Source: Vitreimonas sp. (GTDB lineage: Bacteria > Patescibacteriota > Microgenomatia > UBA1400 > PJMF01). From it: a stretch of 64,000 bases of DNA. Made by a program: the position numbers and the translations under genes. The DNA lies in contig DASPLQ010000012.1 of assembly GCA_035627515.1 (NCBI GenBank), positions 714,331 through 778,330 on the forward strand, given 5' to 3'. Shown here piece after piece: positions 11,362 through 19,966 of this stretch; positions within the stretch are counted from its first letter, which is position 1; each line of letters begins with the position of its first letter. Below the pieces are notes generated by a model. It had not been told where the DNA came from. It searched no databases and was given only the letters and a program-made list of their open reading frames with translations.

Positions 11362-12930
11362 CTGGTTAATTAACTCAGATACCCATTTAGTTTGACTATC
11401 CAATGGCTTAGATAACTGTAAAGTTAGATATCCAGTTCTAGAAATGTGTGGATCATCAGAATTAGTAATCATTCTTGTGCCTGGCAATAATTCTAAAACA
11501 TGATTAACTAATTTTTCCTTATCATTTCTTATAGCGCTATCTATTTCTGAATTAACACGATGAATTCTGAAAGGAACTGTTTCCATTGCAATCAAGACAG
11601 TATCAATGTTTTTTTTGTGCAAAATAATAAGAGAACTAACTAAAGAAATTAACTTAGCTGATGGAGTTTGTGTTTTGACAAGTTCTTTGAATTCCTGTGG
11701 TAAAAAAAACTTCTTGAGTGAAGATAAGTTGAATTTTTGTTTTTGAAAGACTTCATCTTTTTCTAAGGCTTGCTGTTTCACCTTTTTATTATTGCGAAGT
11801 AAACTTATAAGATTCCATATGCGGTCTAAGTCTTCTTCAGGTTGATTTGAATTCAAATCTTTTAGCAAAACCTGTATTTTTGATTTCCACCAAAACTCAA
11901 GTGATGTTTCACTAGATTCTCTCAAATGAAGTTCAGTTAGATTTTTCTCAATAGTAGTGTAGTCGATGACATCTATTTCATTATTAAAGGTCAAAATAGT
12001 GAATAAGTCAGGAAAGTAGTTCTGTAAAATTAAAATAGCTTTATTTAATTCAATGCGGTTTCTTTCTAGAGCTAACTCAAGGCTTCTCTGTGATTGATTC
12101 TCAATTTTAGGTAATTGGATTGACTGGATAATGGCTGTAGTGGGTCCTGTAATTCCCACACGAACGTCGGGTAGCCGATATTCAGGTGCTTGTTTCCCAA
12201 TAGCTTCCAGAGGTGAAAGAGTAAATTGAAGTTCTTCAGGACCTTCATACACTAAATCCGGCGACTGGATTCGCCAACTGAGAAGTCCTTGATCTAAGGC
12301 AACTGAAGACCAAGATGTAGTATGAGCTAGAACAGTACTTTCCAACTGGTTTGCGAGCTGTTCAAAAAAAACACTGCCATGAATTAAATCACCTAGTGTC
12401 ATTTCTCTTAAATAACTTTCTACTAAGGTACTTAACCTCTCAATTGGTAACTCATTGTGAAGAAATATTCTTTGAAAATATTTCTCCCCACTATCTTGTC
12501 GCGTCTGGGTGGCTGTGATGATCCTATCAAGTGAGGTAACTAAGTTTGCTAAATCATCAACTCTAAGCAGTTTATGATAGTGGTAAAATTCCTCATTTTT
12601 ATCTTCATTATCGGGGTCTTTTTTCTCAAGATACTCAGTGTATGCATCAGGGTTATTCCAATAGCTCAATATAAATTGACCTTCGGATGTGGCGAATTGA
12701 ATAGCATCAAAGCCTAATCGACTGCGAGGTGAGAAAGAGGCACGGACAGAAAAAGAACCACTTGAGAGAAGTCTCAAAACGAGTTCTTTGCTAAGCGTAG
12801 AATTAGTTGGTGGTAAACTTTCCAAGTAGTTTTTAGCTTTGTCTAATACTTGATGAAAATTCGATTGAGGTCCTACTTCGTTGTTTGCCTTGGCTCTAAT
12901 AACTGCACCAACTGGGTATTCTAGAATCAT
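11356..12930 (-). CDS. hypothetical protein (524 aa), orphan
   Basis: Long uninterrupted ORF in AT-rich DNA. No P-loop, no nuclease, recombinase or HTH motif detected by eye. Confidence 0.5.
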   Translation of the reverse strand: MILEYPVGAVIRAKANNEVGPQSNFHQVLDKAKNYLESLPPTNSTLSKELVLRLLSSGSFSVRASFSPRSRLGFDAIQFATSEGQFILSYWNNPDAYTEYLEKKDPDNEDKNEEFYHYHKLLRVDDLANLVTSLDRIITATQTRQDSGEKYFQRIFLHNELPIERLSTLVESYLREMTLGDLIHGSVFFEQLANQLESTVLAHTTSWSSVALDQGLLSWRIQSPDLVYEGPEELQFTLSPLEAIGKQAPEYRLPDVRVGITGPTTAIIQSIQLPKIENQSQRSLELALERNRIELNKAILILQNYFPDLFTILTFNNEIDVIDYTTIEKNLTELHLRESSETSLEFWWKSKIQVLLKDLNSNQPEEDLDRIWNLISLLRNNKKVKQQALEKDEVFQKQKFNLSSLKKFFLPQEFKELVKTQTPSAKLISLVSSLIILHKKNIDTVLIAMETVPFRIHRVNSEIDSAIRNDKEKLVNHVLELLPGTRMITNSDDPHISRTGYLTLQLSKPLDSQTKWVSELINQL

Positions 12931-13038
12931 ACTTCAGTATAAAGGAGTTTATGTTTACTGCCAAACGCACACATTTTTGCTATGCTTAGTTTGTCATGGG
13001 TGAAAAAGGATTACAAACTATTGAAAATTGATAAAGTA

Positions 13039-13075
13039 TTTCGGGTAAAGTCCCACAAGGGGAGCTTTTTCTATC
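13039..13075 (+). repeat. degenerate copy of the tRNA-Asn 3' end plus flank (att-like repeat A)
   Basis: TTCGGGTAAAGTCCCACAAGGGGAGCTTTTTCT. About 27 of 31 nt identical to repeat B. GGGGAGCT matches the tRNA 3' terminus. Confidence 0.5.
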
Positions 13076-13127
13076 CGAACCATATTTTCGTCAAGTGAAG
13101 TGACTCGAGTCCTAGCTGGATGTCCCA

Positions 13128-13883
13128 CTATTTATTATCCGAACTTATTTTACTTTCTACAAATTGATGAATAGACGCTAACATCTGAGCAATATCTTTG
13201 TCTTGAATTAACACTCCCACAGGTTGTTGATTTGAATATGTAAATAAGATTACTTGGTTGCCAGATATATGTATGCCCCCAGGAAATGAGTAGTTAGCGG
13301 GTAGAAAGTACGTTTGTCGGAACTCAGTTATATCTTTTTTTATTTCTTTCAGAGCCGCTTTGTTTTTCGGTGTAATGAGTTTTGTGGGAATTTTTTTACT
13401 TACTCTGAGACTAGTATAGAAGGGGATTGGATCTCCGTGTTGTGTGTAGTTCCCAAAAACGAGAATTGGCTCTTTTTTGTCAATTAATGTCTGTTCTAGT
13501 AATGTTTGAACTCCAGATTCACCAGTAAAGATCGAAATCTTTGGTATATTGAGTTCACTTCGCTCCATTAATTCAAGTTCCTTTTGAACTTTTTCTAGCG
13601 AATTAATTTTTTTATTTAACTCCTGTTGCTGGTTCTTGAGATATTCTTTAATTCTGACTGGTGGTTCAGCATGAAAAAATAAAATCCCATTATCTGTCGA
13701 AACGCTGACTAACCCTTTTTGGATTAAAGTGTCCAAAGTTGTGTAGGCAGAAGCGCGCTTAATACCTGTACCCTTGGCAATTTGGCCTGCTTTAAGGTTA
13801 TTGTTCTCTAACAATGCTAAATAGATTTTGGCCTCATACTGGCTAAATCCGCATTTTGTCAGTGTGTCTTGAAGCTCTAACAT
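13128..13883 (-). CDS. TrmB family transcriptional regulator
   Basis: N-terminal winged HTH YEAKIYLALLENNNLKAGQIAKGTGIKRASAYTTLDTLIQKGLVS typical of TrmB; 251 aa. Confidence 0.7.
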   Translation of the reverse strand: MLELQDTLTKCGFSQYEAKIYLALLENNNLKAGQIAKGTGIKRASAYTTLDTLIQKGLVSVSTDNGILFFHAEPPVRIKEYLKNQQQELNKKINSLEKVQKELELMERSELNIPKISIFTGESGVQTLLEQTLIDKKEPILVFGNYTQHGDPIPFYTSLRVSKKIPTKLITPKNKAALKEIKKDITEFRQTYFLPANYSFPGGIHISGNQVILFTYSNQQPVGVLIQDKDIAQMLASIHQFVESKISSDNK

Positions 13884-13962
13884 AGTGTTGTCGGAATGTT
13901 ACAACATTTTGACAAAATAATCAAGTCGAATATACTGCACCTAATCAGTTAGAAGGATTTAT

Positions 13963-14349
13963 ATGTCCAAAGAAAATGCCGTTACTTTTTTAGACCCATT
14001 TGTAATAAGTGCCTACAAGCATCTAGTTTTAGGAATCGACTTTAGACAAGCTTTTGCAGATTCAGTGAGCTTAGTTGATTTTGAACAGAAAAAAGAGGAG
14101 TTATTGAAGGAAATAGATAGAAGGCTACTTAGTGGTTCTGTTGAAGATTTGGGTAAGCTTATTAAAAGTATGCAAATTACCAGAAATTCAAACAAAGATG
14201 AGTTGCAAGAAAGAGCTGCTCTAGAACGTTTAGAAAACGAACTTGGGTTAACAGTTGAACAGGCTTCTCTTGTATTTCAGACATGCACTCAGTTAAACGA
14301 TCAATTATTTAATAAGCTCTGGGGAATTAGTTCTCAAGGTCAAGGTTAA
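13963..14349 (+). CDS. hypothetical protein (128 aa)
   Basis: ORF divergent from the TrmB gene; no motif recognised. Confidence 0.4.
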   Translation: MSKENAVTFLDPFVISAYKHLVLGIDFRQAFADSVSLVDFEQKKEELLKEIDRRLLSGSVEDLGKLIKSMQITRNSNKDELQERAALERLENELGLTVEQASLVFQTCTQLNDQLFNKLWGISSQGQG

Positions 14350-14351
14350 TT

Positions 14352-15035
14352 ATGCCAATAGGTACTTTTATAAACATAGTAGCAGTAGTAATCGGTGGAG
14401 TAGTTGGGCTACTTCTAAATAAAAACTTTCCACAAAAAATTCAACAGATCGTATTTCAAGGAATTGGTCTGTGTACTTTATTAATTGGTATGCAAATGGC
14501 ACTTCAAGTAAAAGATCCGCTTATTCTTATTTTTAGTATCTTGATTGGGGGAATACTGGGTGAGATTACCAGACTAGAAGATAGAATTGAAAATCTCAGT
14601 AATATGCTAAAGAAAAGAGTTGGCTCTCAGGATGAAGGGTTTACTCAGGGACTTGTAACTGCTTTTCTCATTTTTTGTATTGGCTCTATGACGATTGTTG
14701 GCGCATTAAATGAAGGGATCTCTGGTGATCGTTCCTTGTTACTCACAAAATCAGTCTTAGACGGGTTTACCTCAATTGCCCTAGCTTCAACTTATGGGAT
14801 TGGTGTGCTTTTTTCAGTGATTCCAATGCTTATTTTCCAAGGTGGCTTGACTGTTTTTGCTAGTCAATTCAGTGACCTGTTTAGCCAATCTCTTCTTTTA
14901 CAACTTACGGCTACAGGAGGTATCCTAATCTTAGGTATTGGTATTAATTTGCTCGAAATCAAAAAAATAAAAGTAGTTAATCTCTTGCCTTCTTTACTAG
15001 TTGCTGTATTACTTACAGTGCTTTTACTTAAATGA
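14352..15035 (+). CDS. DUF554 (YqgA-like) membrane protein
   Basis: N-terminus MPIGTFINIVAVVIGGVVGLLL and a multi-TM profile typical of DUF554; 227 aa. Confidence 0.65.
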   Translation: MPIGTFINIVAVVIGGVVGLLLNKNFPQKIQQIVFQGIGLCTLLIGMQMALQVKDPLILIFSILIGGILGEITRLEDRIENLSNMLKKRVGSQDEGFTQGLVTAFLIFCIGSMTIVGALNEGISGDRSLLLTKSVLDGFTSIALASTYGIGVLFSVIPMLIFQGGLTVFASQFSDLFSQSLLLQLTATGGILILGIGINLLEIKKIKVVNLLPSLLVAVLLTVLLLK

Positions 15036-15367
15036 AAGGAAGTATGATCACAGTCGACGACTTTAAAAAGTTAGATATTCGTATTGGAAAAGTTATTTCA
15101 ATCGAAAAGGTCCCAGATGCTGATAAACTCCTGAGGTTTGTTTTTGATGTCGGTGATGAGCATAGGCAAATCATGGCGGGAATGGCAGAGTTTTTTCTTG
15201 ATCCTTCTCAGTTAGTAGGTAAAGAGATGCCCATTTTAATGAATATAGAGCCAAGGAATTTCCGTGGATACACTAGTCATGGAATGATTATTGCTGCTGA
15301 TGTAAATGGCGCTCCGGTTCTTTTACATCCTGAAAAAGAGATTCCTGCTGGGAGCATTGTTCGCTAA
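15032..15367 (+). CDS. tRNA-binding (Myf/EMAP domain) protein, CsaA-like
   Basis: DFKKLDIRIGKVISIEKVPDADKLLRFVFDVGDEHRQIMAGM is the classic tRNA-binding OB-fold motif. ATGA start/stop overlap with the upstream gene. Confidence 0.75.
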   Translation: MKGSMITVDDFKKLDIRIGKVISIEKVPDADKLLRFVFDVGDEHRQIMAGMAEFFLDPSQLVGKEMPILMNIEPRNFRGYTSHGMIIAADVNGAPVLLHPEKEIPAGSIVR

Positions 15368-15377
15368 CTAAATAACC

Positions 15378-15412
15378 GTTCGGATAAAGTCCCACACCGG
15401 GAGCTTCTGTTT
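15378..15412 (+). repeat. direct repeat of the tRNA-Asn 3' end plus flank (att-like repeat B)
   Basis: GGGAGCTTCTGTTT (14 nt) is identical to the sequence spanning the tRNA 3' terminus and flank (8041-8054); 16 of 19 nt match over the wider stretch. Confidence 0.6.
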
Positions 15413-15559
15413 GAAAAGATGGTTTTAAATCAGGCATTTTCAAGAATATATCAGTATATTTTTAGAGTTCGACTGAATCTCTGTATTTTTCTGCCTATTT
15501 TTTTTGTTCACCAAGTACTCTAGAGTGTGTAAACAGACTAATCCACCCAAATAAGAAGA

Positions 15560-17560
15560 TTAAAAAATTATCTTAAATCTTTTCTCAGCCTCTTCAAATA
15601 GTTTTATAACTCTATCTATCGTTTCTGAAGAAAGCTTTACTTCACTCTGCTCTGTTAGCTTCAGAAAGTTTCTAGATAATAAAACCTTATCTTTTTTATG
15701 TTGTTTTATATATTCTGAGTTTTTTGAAGTGTAACTTACGCTTTCATCTTCTAAAACATACTTTTTGAAATCCTCGGCAGCAAAGATATCTTCTATAGTG
15801 CTATTGTCACTATCTAATACAGACAATATTTCCTCTTTAGATATTAACCAATCTTTTCTAAGATGCTTTTCAGCATCTTTTTTACCTTTATCGTTGTCAT
15901 ATAAGTAAAGCACATTACATCCCCATCCATTAAGAATAGTACCTACAAAAGGCATATTTCCTGACCCACCTCCAAATATGAAATTTAATATAAATTTACC
16001 GGTCAATAGCTTAAAACTATTTAGATAGTAAACATCAGATGGTCCTTCACATACGATGTTGCTTTTCTTATCTAAGTTTACAACACCAGAGGTAAGCTCT
16101 AATCCAATTGCAGTTAATAAAGGTGTTAATGTTTCTTTGTCGGCGACTTTATGAATTTTCGACTCAATATGTGTGCCAATATTATATCCAATTGTGTACA
16201 AAATCCTCCGAAGCTTTTCTTGTTCATCTTCAGTTAGCTCATCAACTTTAGTTTTTAGTTGATAGTATATCCTGTCATCTTTTTTGTGTTTTTTTTCCTC
16301 ATAATACTTCTTTAAATCGTCTGTAATTTCAGATATTTGAACTGCTTCTATTAGTTTTGGGATCTCAGCTCTTTGAACAAGTCTTATTCGATGCAATTTG
16401 TCAGTATCTATTAGATATGGTGAATGGGTTGTAAAAATAATCTTCTTTTTTTTAGAAGTATCTTCTAATTTATTTAAGATATCTCTCTGTGCAGATGCAT
16501 GTAGAAATAAGCCTGGTTCGTCTATTAATAAAATATTATCCTTTTCTTCTTTGGATCTAGCAGTTATACGAATATAGAAAGCCAGATGCCATCTTTTTCC
16601 TTGACTTCTAATTTCAGGAGGGTAATATGATTCATCTTCTCTTATTTGAAACATTAGTTGTTCTGAATCCCAGTCAATTTGAATATTAGAAAAGTCTTGG
16701 GACCAAAACCTCTTATATTCTTGCTTTAGCTGTAGGTTTAATTGTTCTTTATGTTGTAGTTTTTCATGTATCTCACCTGAAGTAATAACATTTAGATCTA
16801 AGCCAGTTATTAAAGCAAGATCCTTCATCAGGGGATGACTCTGTACATCACTTAGAGCTAATGTAGAAGGGAAAGTTTCATCAAAAGACCTAAATAGAAT
16901 AAAGTTGGGTAGTAATGTTTTTATTACTGGGATGAAATTTACTTGGATATTATTTAGCAGTGAGAGCTGATTTGCTAGTAAATCAACATTTTGGACAATG
17001 TCTAATAGTTCTTTTTTTTCTTCAGATAAAGAAAGTGCGTCTCTAAGTTTGGAAATTTTTGTGTTGTAGGTAGTAAAATCCTCTATACTATCTGGTACTA
17101 AATGATGTAGTTCTTCACGATCTCTAAAACTATTAATTAATTTTTGTAGTTGGTCTTTGGCTTTTTCTTTGATAGTAGTATACGAATCAGCAACACCAAA
17201 CAGTTGTTCATATGTTTTATCATCTATGAAATACTCTGAAGGAAACCTTTTATTAATTGTAATTTCAATACCTTGACCTTTGCTATTTGGTTCAATCTTT
17301 AGTTGTTTCTTTATTACATCATTATCAGATTCTTGAAGGGAAAATGTTAAAGCAACCTCAGGTGTCCTATCTTTCCTAAATAAAGATTTTGCTTTCTCTC
17401 TGATAGGAATATCACTATTAAAATCTTCAAGAGCCTCTAGCAAGGCTGTTTTTCCAGCCTCATTTTTACCTGCAAATATAGTAATACCATCTTCAAAATT
17501 ACATTCACCGCTATCAATAATTGACTTATAGTTTTTAACTCTGAACCTAAGTAATTTCAT
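15560..17560 (-). CDS. OLD-family ATP-dependent endonuclease (ABC ATPase N-domain + TOPRIM C-domain); GajA-like / class-1 OLD
   Basis: Walker A GKNEAGKT (aa 31-38), Walker B/D-loop ILLIDEPGLFLH (aa 343-354), H-loop FTTHSP (aa 376-381). TOPRIM Glu in IVCEGPSD (E505) and DxD in YLYDNDKGK (D555, D557), 50 aa apart as in OLD/GajA. Very AT-rich. Confidence 0.8.
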   Translation of the reverse strand: MKLLRFRVKNYKSIIDSGECNFEDGITIFAGKNEAGKTALLEALEDFNSDIPIREKAKSLFRKDRTPEVALTFSLQESDNDVIKKQLKIEPNSKGQGIEITINKRFPSEYFIDDKTYEQLFGVADSYTTIKEKAKDQLQKLINSFRDREELHHLVPDSIEDFTTYNTKISKLRDALSLSEEKKELLDIVQNVDLLANQLSLLNNIQVNFIPVIKTLLPNFILFRSFDETFPSTLALSDVQSHPLMKDLALITGLDLNVITSGEIHEKLQHKEQLNLQLKQEYKRFWSQDFSNIQIDWDSEQLMFQIREDESYYPPEIRSQGKRWHLAFYIRITARSKEEKDNILLIDEPGLFLHASAQRDILNKLEDTSKKKKIIFTTHSPYLIDTDKLHRIRLVQRAEIPKLIEAVQISEITDDLKKYYEEKKHKKDDRIYYQLKTKVDELTEDEQEKLRRILYTIGYNIGTHIESKIHKVADKETLTPLLTAIGLELTSGVVNLDKKSNIVCEGPSDVYYLNSFKLLTGKFILNFIFGGGSGNMPFVGTILNGWGCNVLYLYDNDKGKKDAEKHLRKDWLISKEEILSVLDSDNSTIEDIFAAEDFKKYVLEDESVSYTSKNSEYIKQHKKDKVLLSRNFLKLTEQSEVKLSSETIDRVIKLFEEAEKRFKIIF

Positions 17561-17842
17561 AACCTACCTTTAAAGTTAACGTGATTTTAACAGATTGAAA
17601 TGAAAATAATATTAAGTAAAGATCATCTACACACTGCAGTTAAATATCTAGTATCATCAGACTTACTACTAACTTAACTAAAATGAGTAAAATTCTAACT
17701 TCCTCCAACAGAGGCAGCAAACGACATCGAACCTTTTTTCTTCAATTAATAACTCTAATCTAACCACAACCCAACTCGAAATGTTCAACCCTCTAACGTT
17801 TTTTGTAGTACAATTAGCCTATAAAATTAATAGGAGAATAAA

Positions 17843-18343
17843 ATGAGTAAGCTAATTACCTGTATCTGGTTTGTTAATAACAATGGAGAAGAGGCAGTAA
17901 GATACTACATCGACACTTTTAAATCAGCCCCTGGTAATCATGAAGCAAAACTGGGAGATATCACCAAAGCACCTAAAGCGTCTGAAGAAGTTTCTGGTAG
18001 ACCTGAGGGGTCCGTTATGACAGCTGAATGCGAGCTTGACGGTATAAGCTTCATGGCTCTAAATGGTGGTCCTCTCGAACAATTCAAACTTAATGGGTCA
18101 ACGTCTTTTATAGTTGAGTGTGAAACCCAAGAGGAAATTGATTTCTTCTGGGAAAAGTTATCAGCAGTTCCTGAAGCTGAGCAATGCGGATGGTGCACTG
18201 ATAAATTTGGCGTCACATGGCAAATCGTCCCCAGAATTTTAGATGAAATGATGAGAGACCCTCAAAAAGCTGAGGCGGTAACTGCTGCTTTTATGCCAAT
18301 GAAGAAACTTGACCTGGAAGCAATTAGAAAAGCTGGTGAATAA
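17843..18343 (+). CDS. VOC-family protein, PhnB-like (3-demethylubiquinone-9 3-methyltransferase domain)
   Basis: ITCIWFVNN...EAVRYYIDTF and EQCGWCTDKFGVTWQI motifs, shared with the VOC genes at 35226 and 35655. Confidence 0.7.
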   Translation: MSKLITCIWFVNNNGEEAVRYYIDTFKSAPGNHEAKLGDITKAPKASEEVSGRPEGSVMTAECELDGISFMALNGGPLEQFKLNGSTSFIVECETQEEIDFFWEKLSAVPEAEQCGWCTDKFGVTWQIVPRILDEMMRDPQKAEAVTAAFMPMKKLDLEAIRKAGE

Positions 18344-18369
18344 AGCTATTAAAAAAATAGAGTTTTAAG

Positions 18370-18567
18370 ATGAAAAACTCTCATACTGAGTTTCACAAAG
18401 ACGGCTCAATTAAAGCAATAGGAAAGCTTAAAGATGGAAAGCGCGATGGTTATTGGAAATGGTATCGCAAAGATGGAAGCAAGCTGAAAACTGGATACTT
18501 CAAACAAGGGATATTAGCAAAAGAATGGATGAAGTACGACAAAAAGGGGAAACTGATTAAATACTGA
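18370..18567 (+). CDS. MORN-repeat protein, YwqK-family antitoxin-like
   Basis: 65 aa containing KDGKRDGYWKWYRKDGSKLKTGYFKQG MORN-variant repeats. Confidence 0.55.
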   Translation: MKNSHTEFHKDGSIKAIGKLKDGKRDGYWKWYRKDGSKLKTGYFKQGILAKEWMKYDKKGKLIKY

Positions 18568-18578
18568 GCAGTAATTTT

Positions 18579-19145
18579 ATGAAGTTACCTAAAAGTCTAA
18601 CAACTGTAACACCGCTTTCAAAGGCTTTAGCTTTAATTCTTTTTTTCCTATTACCCATCTTAGGTTTTTATCTAGGCATGAAGTATCAGCAAGCTCTTAT
18701 TTTTAGTCATTCAATCTCCCTAATTGAAAACACGTCTTCAGATTTAGACATAGAGAAATCAGATACAACTAATTGGCTAGATTATAAAAATAATACCTGG
18801 GGGTTTGAACTAAAACTCCCCCCCACTTGGGAAGGATATTTAGTAAGTGAACATAATTGGACCACAAATCCAACACATGAGTATACTGCTGATATTTGTA
18901 TTTATTTTAAACGCTTTGATAGTATTCCTGCCTGTATTTTGCATGTGAGTGTGTTTTCTGCTGAAGAATTGCAAGCCGTAAGTAAAAAAGGTGCTTTACC
19001 TAATTTATTAGGTCAGTCGAATCAATTTTTCTTCGCAGCCAATGAGTATGATCCTCAATGTGCGCAATTAGATTCTTTTCAGTGTGATCGATCAAAAGAG
19101 CTGCCTGAGATTTTATCCACTTTTAAATTGAACGCTAAAGAATAA
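18579..19145 (+). CDS. hypothetical membrane-anchored or secreted protein (188 aa)
   Basis: N-terminal hydrophobic segment LALILFFLLPILGFYLGM; Cys-rich C-terminus. Confidence 0.4.
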   Translation: MKLPKSLTTVTPLSKALALILFFLLPILGFYLGMKYQQALIFSHSISLIENTSSDLDIEKSDTTNWLDYKNNTWGFELKLPPTWEGYLVSEHNWTTNPTHEYTADICIYFKRFDSIPACILHVSVFSAEELQAVSKKGALPNLLGQSNQFFFAANEYDPQCAQLDSFQCDRSKELPEILSTFKLNAKE

Positions 19146-19174
19146 AGAATGTAGTTCCTGTTATACTCACACCT

Positions 19175-19966
19175 ATGACCTCATTAGAAGAGCAAAATAT
19201 TAAACCGTTTAATTTGACTGATTCTGAACAAACGCTTCATTTAAAAGACACACTTGCTCAATCTGTCGATTTATCTGCAATTAAAGAAAAGCTAATGTGG
19301 GTGGACTGTGATATCTCACTATTTGATATTCAGTTATTAAAACAAGTCCTAAATCCAGAATTAATGGGTATTACTGTTTTCTCTTCAATGGATCAGGATG
19401 CTTTTAATAAATGGTCAAAATTTAGTAGTTATCCTGACAATGAATCCCTAGTACTTATCTCAAATCCTGAAGCACCCCAGGCTCTTTTTGAAGATTCAGC
19501 TTCATTTTGTTCTATTTTATTTTCTATAGATGAAAGTGGGGCTTCTGTATTACTGCACTATCCTGTGGTGAGTGACAGTGGGGCTTTAACACTTACGGAA
19601 GAAATGAAACTGCAGTTAGAGGATTTTGCGAAAGCTGCAATGAAACTCTCCCAAAATAGAAAAAACGTATTAACATCTACCAATGTATCTGATAAGAACC
19701 GAAACCAGGTACTCAATTTTATTAAAGATTGCATCGGTGAAGACTTTCATTTAGAAACTATTTTTACTCAGGAAACATTTGAAAATCAAAATGATATTAC
19801 ATCTACTTCAGTACAATTAACAAAAAATTTTATTAATGGTGTACTAATTATTCCCAAACAGTTGACCATAGATAAAAGAACAAAGGTTTTTTTATTTACC
19901 AATAAGACAGGGTACACATACGATCAATTAATGGAAACATTAACCAGAAATCACTTCACTCGATAA
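19175..19966 (+). CDS. hypothetical protein (263 aa)
   Basis: ORF at the distal end of the AT-rich island; no motif recognised. Confidence 0.4.
   Translation: MTSLEEQNIKPFNLTDSEQTLHLKDTLAQSVDLSAIKEKLMWVDCDISLFDIQLLKQVLNPELMGITVFSSMDQDAFNKWSKFSSYPDNESLVLISNPEAPQALFEDSASFCSILFSIDESGASVLLHYPVVSDSGALTLTEEMKLQLEDFAKAAMKLSQNRKNVLTSTNVSDKNRNQVLNFIKDCIGEDFHLETIFTQETFENQNDITSTSVQLTKNFINGVLIIPKQLTIDKRTKVFLFTNKTGYTYDQLMETLTRNHFTR

Noticed and set aside
13039-13080. Repeat A read as a Rho-independent terminator hairpin (TTCGG...CCGAA)
   Set aside because: The 5-bp stem would enclose a loop of about 28 nt, which is not a stable terminator. The sequence is better explained as a tRNA-3'-end-derived repeat.
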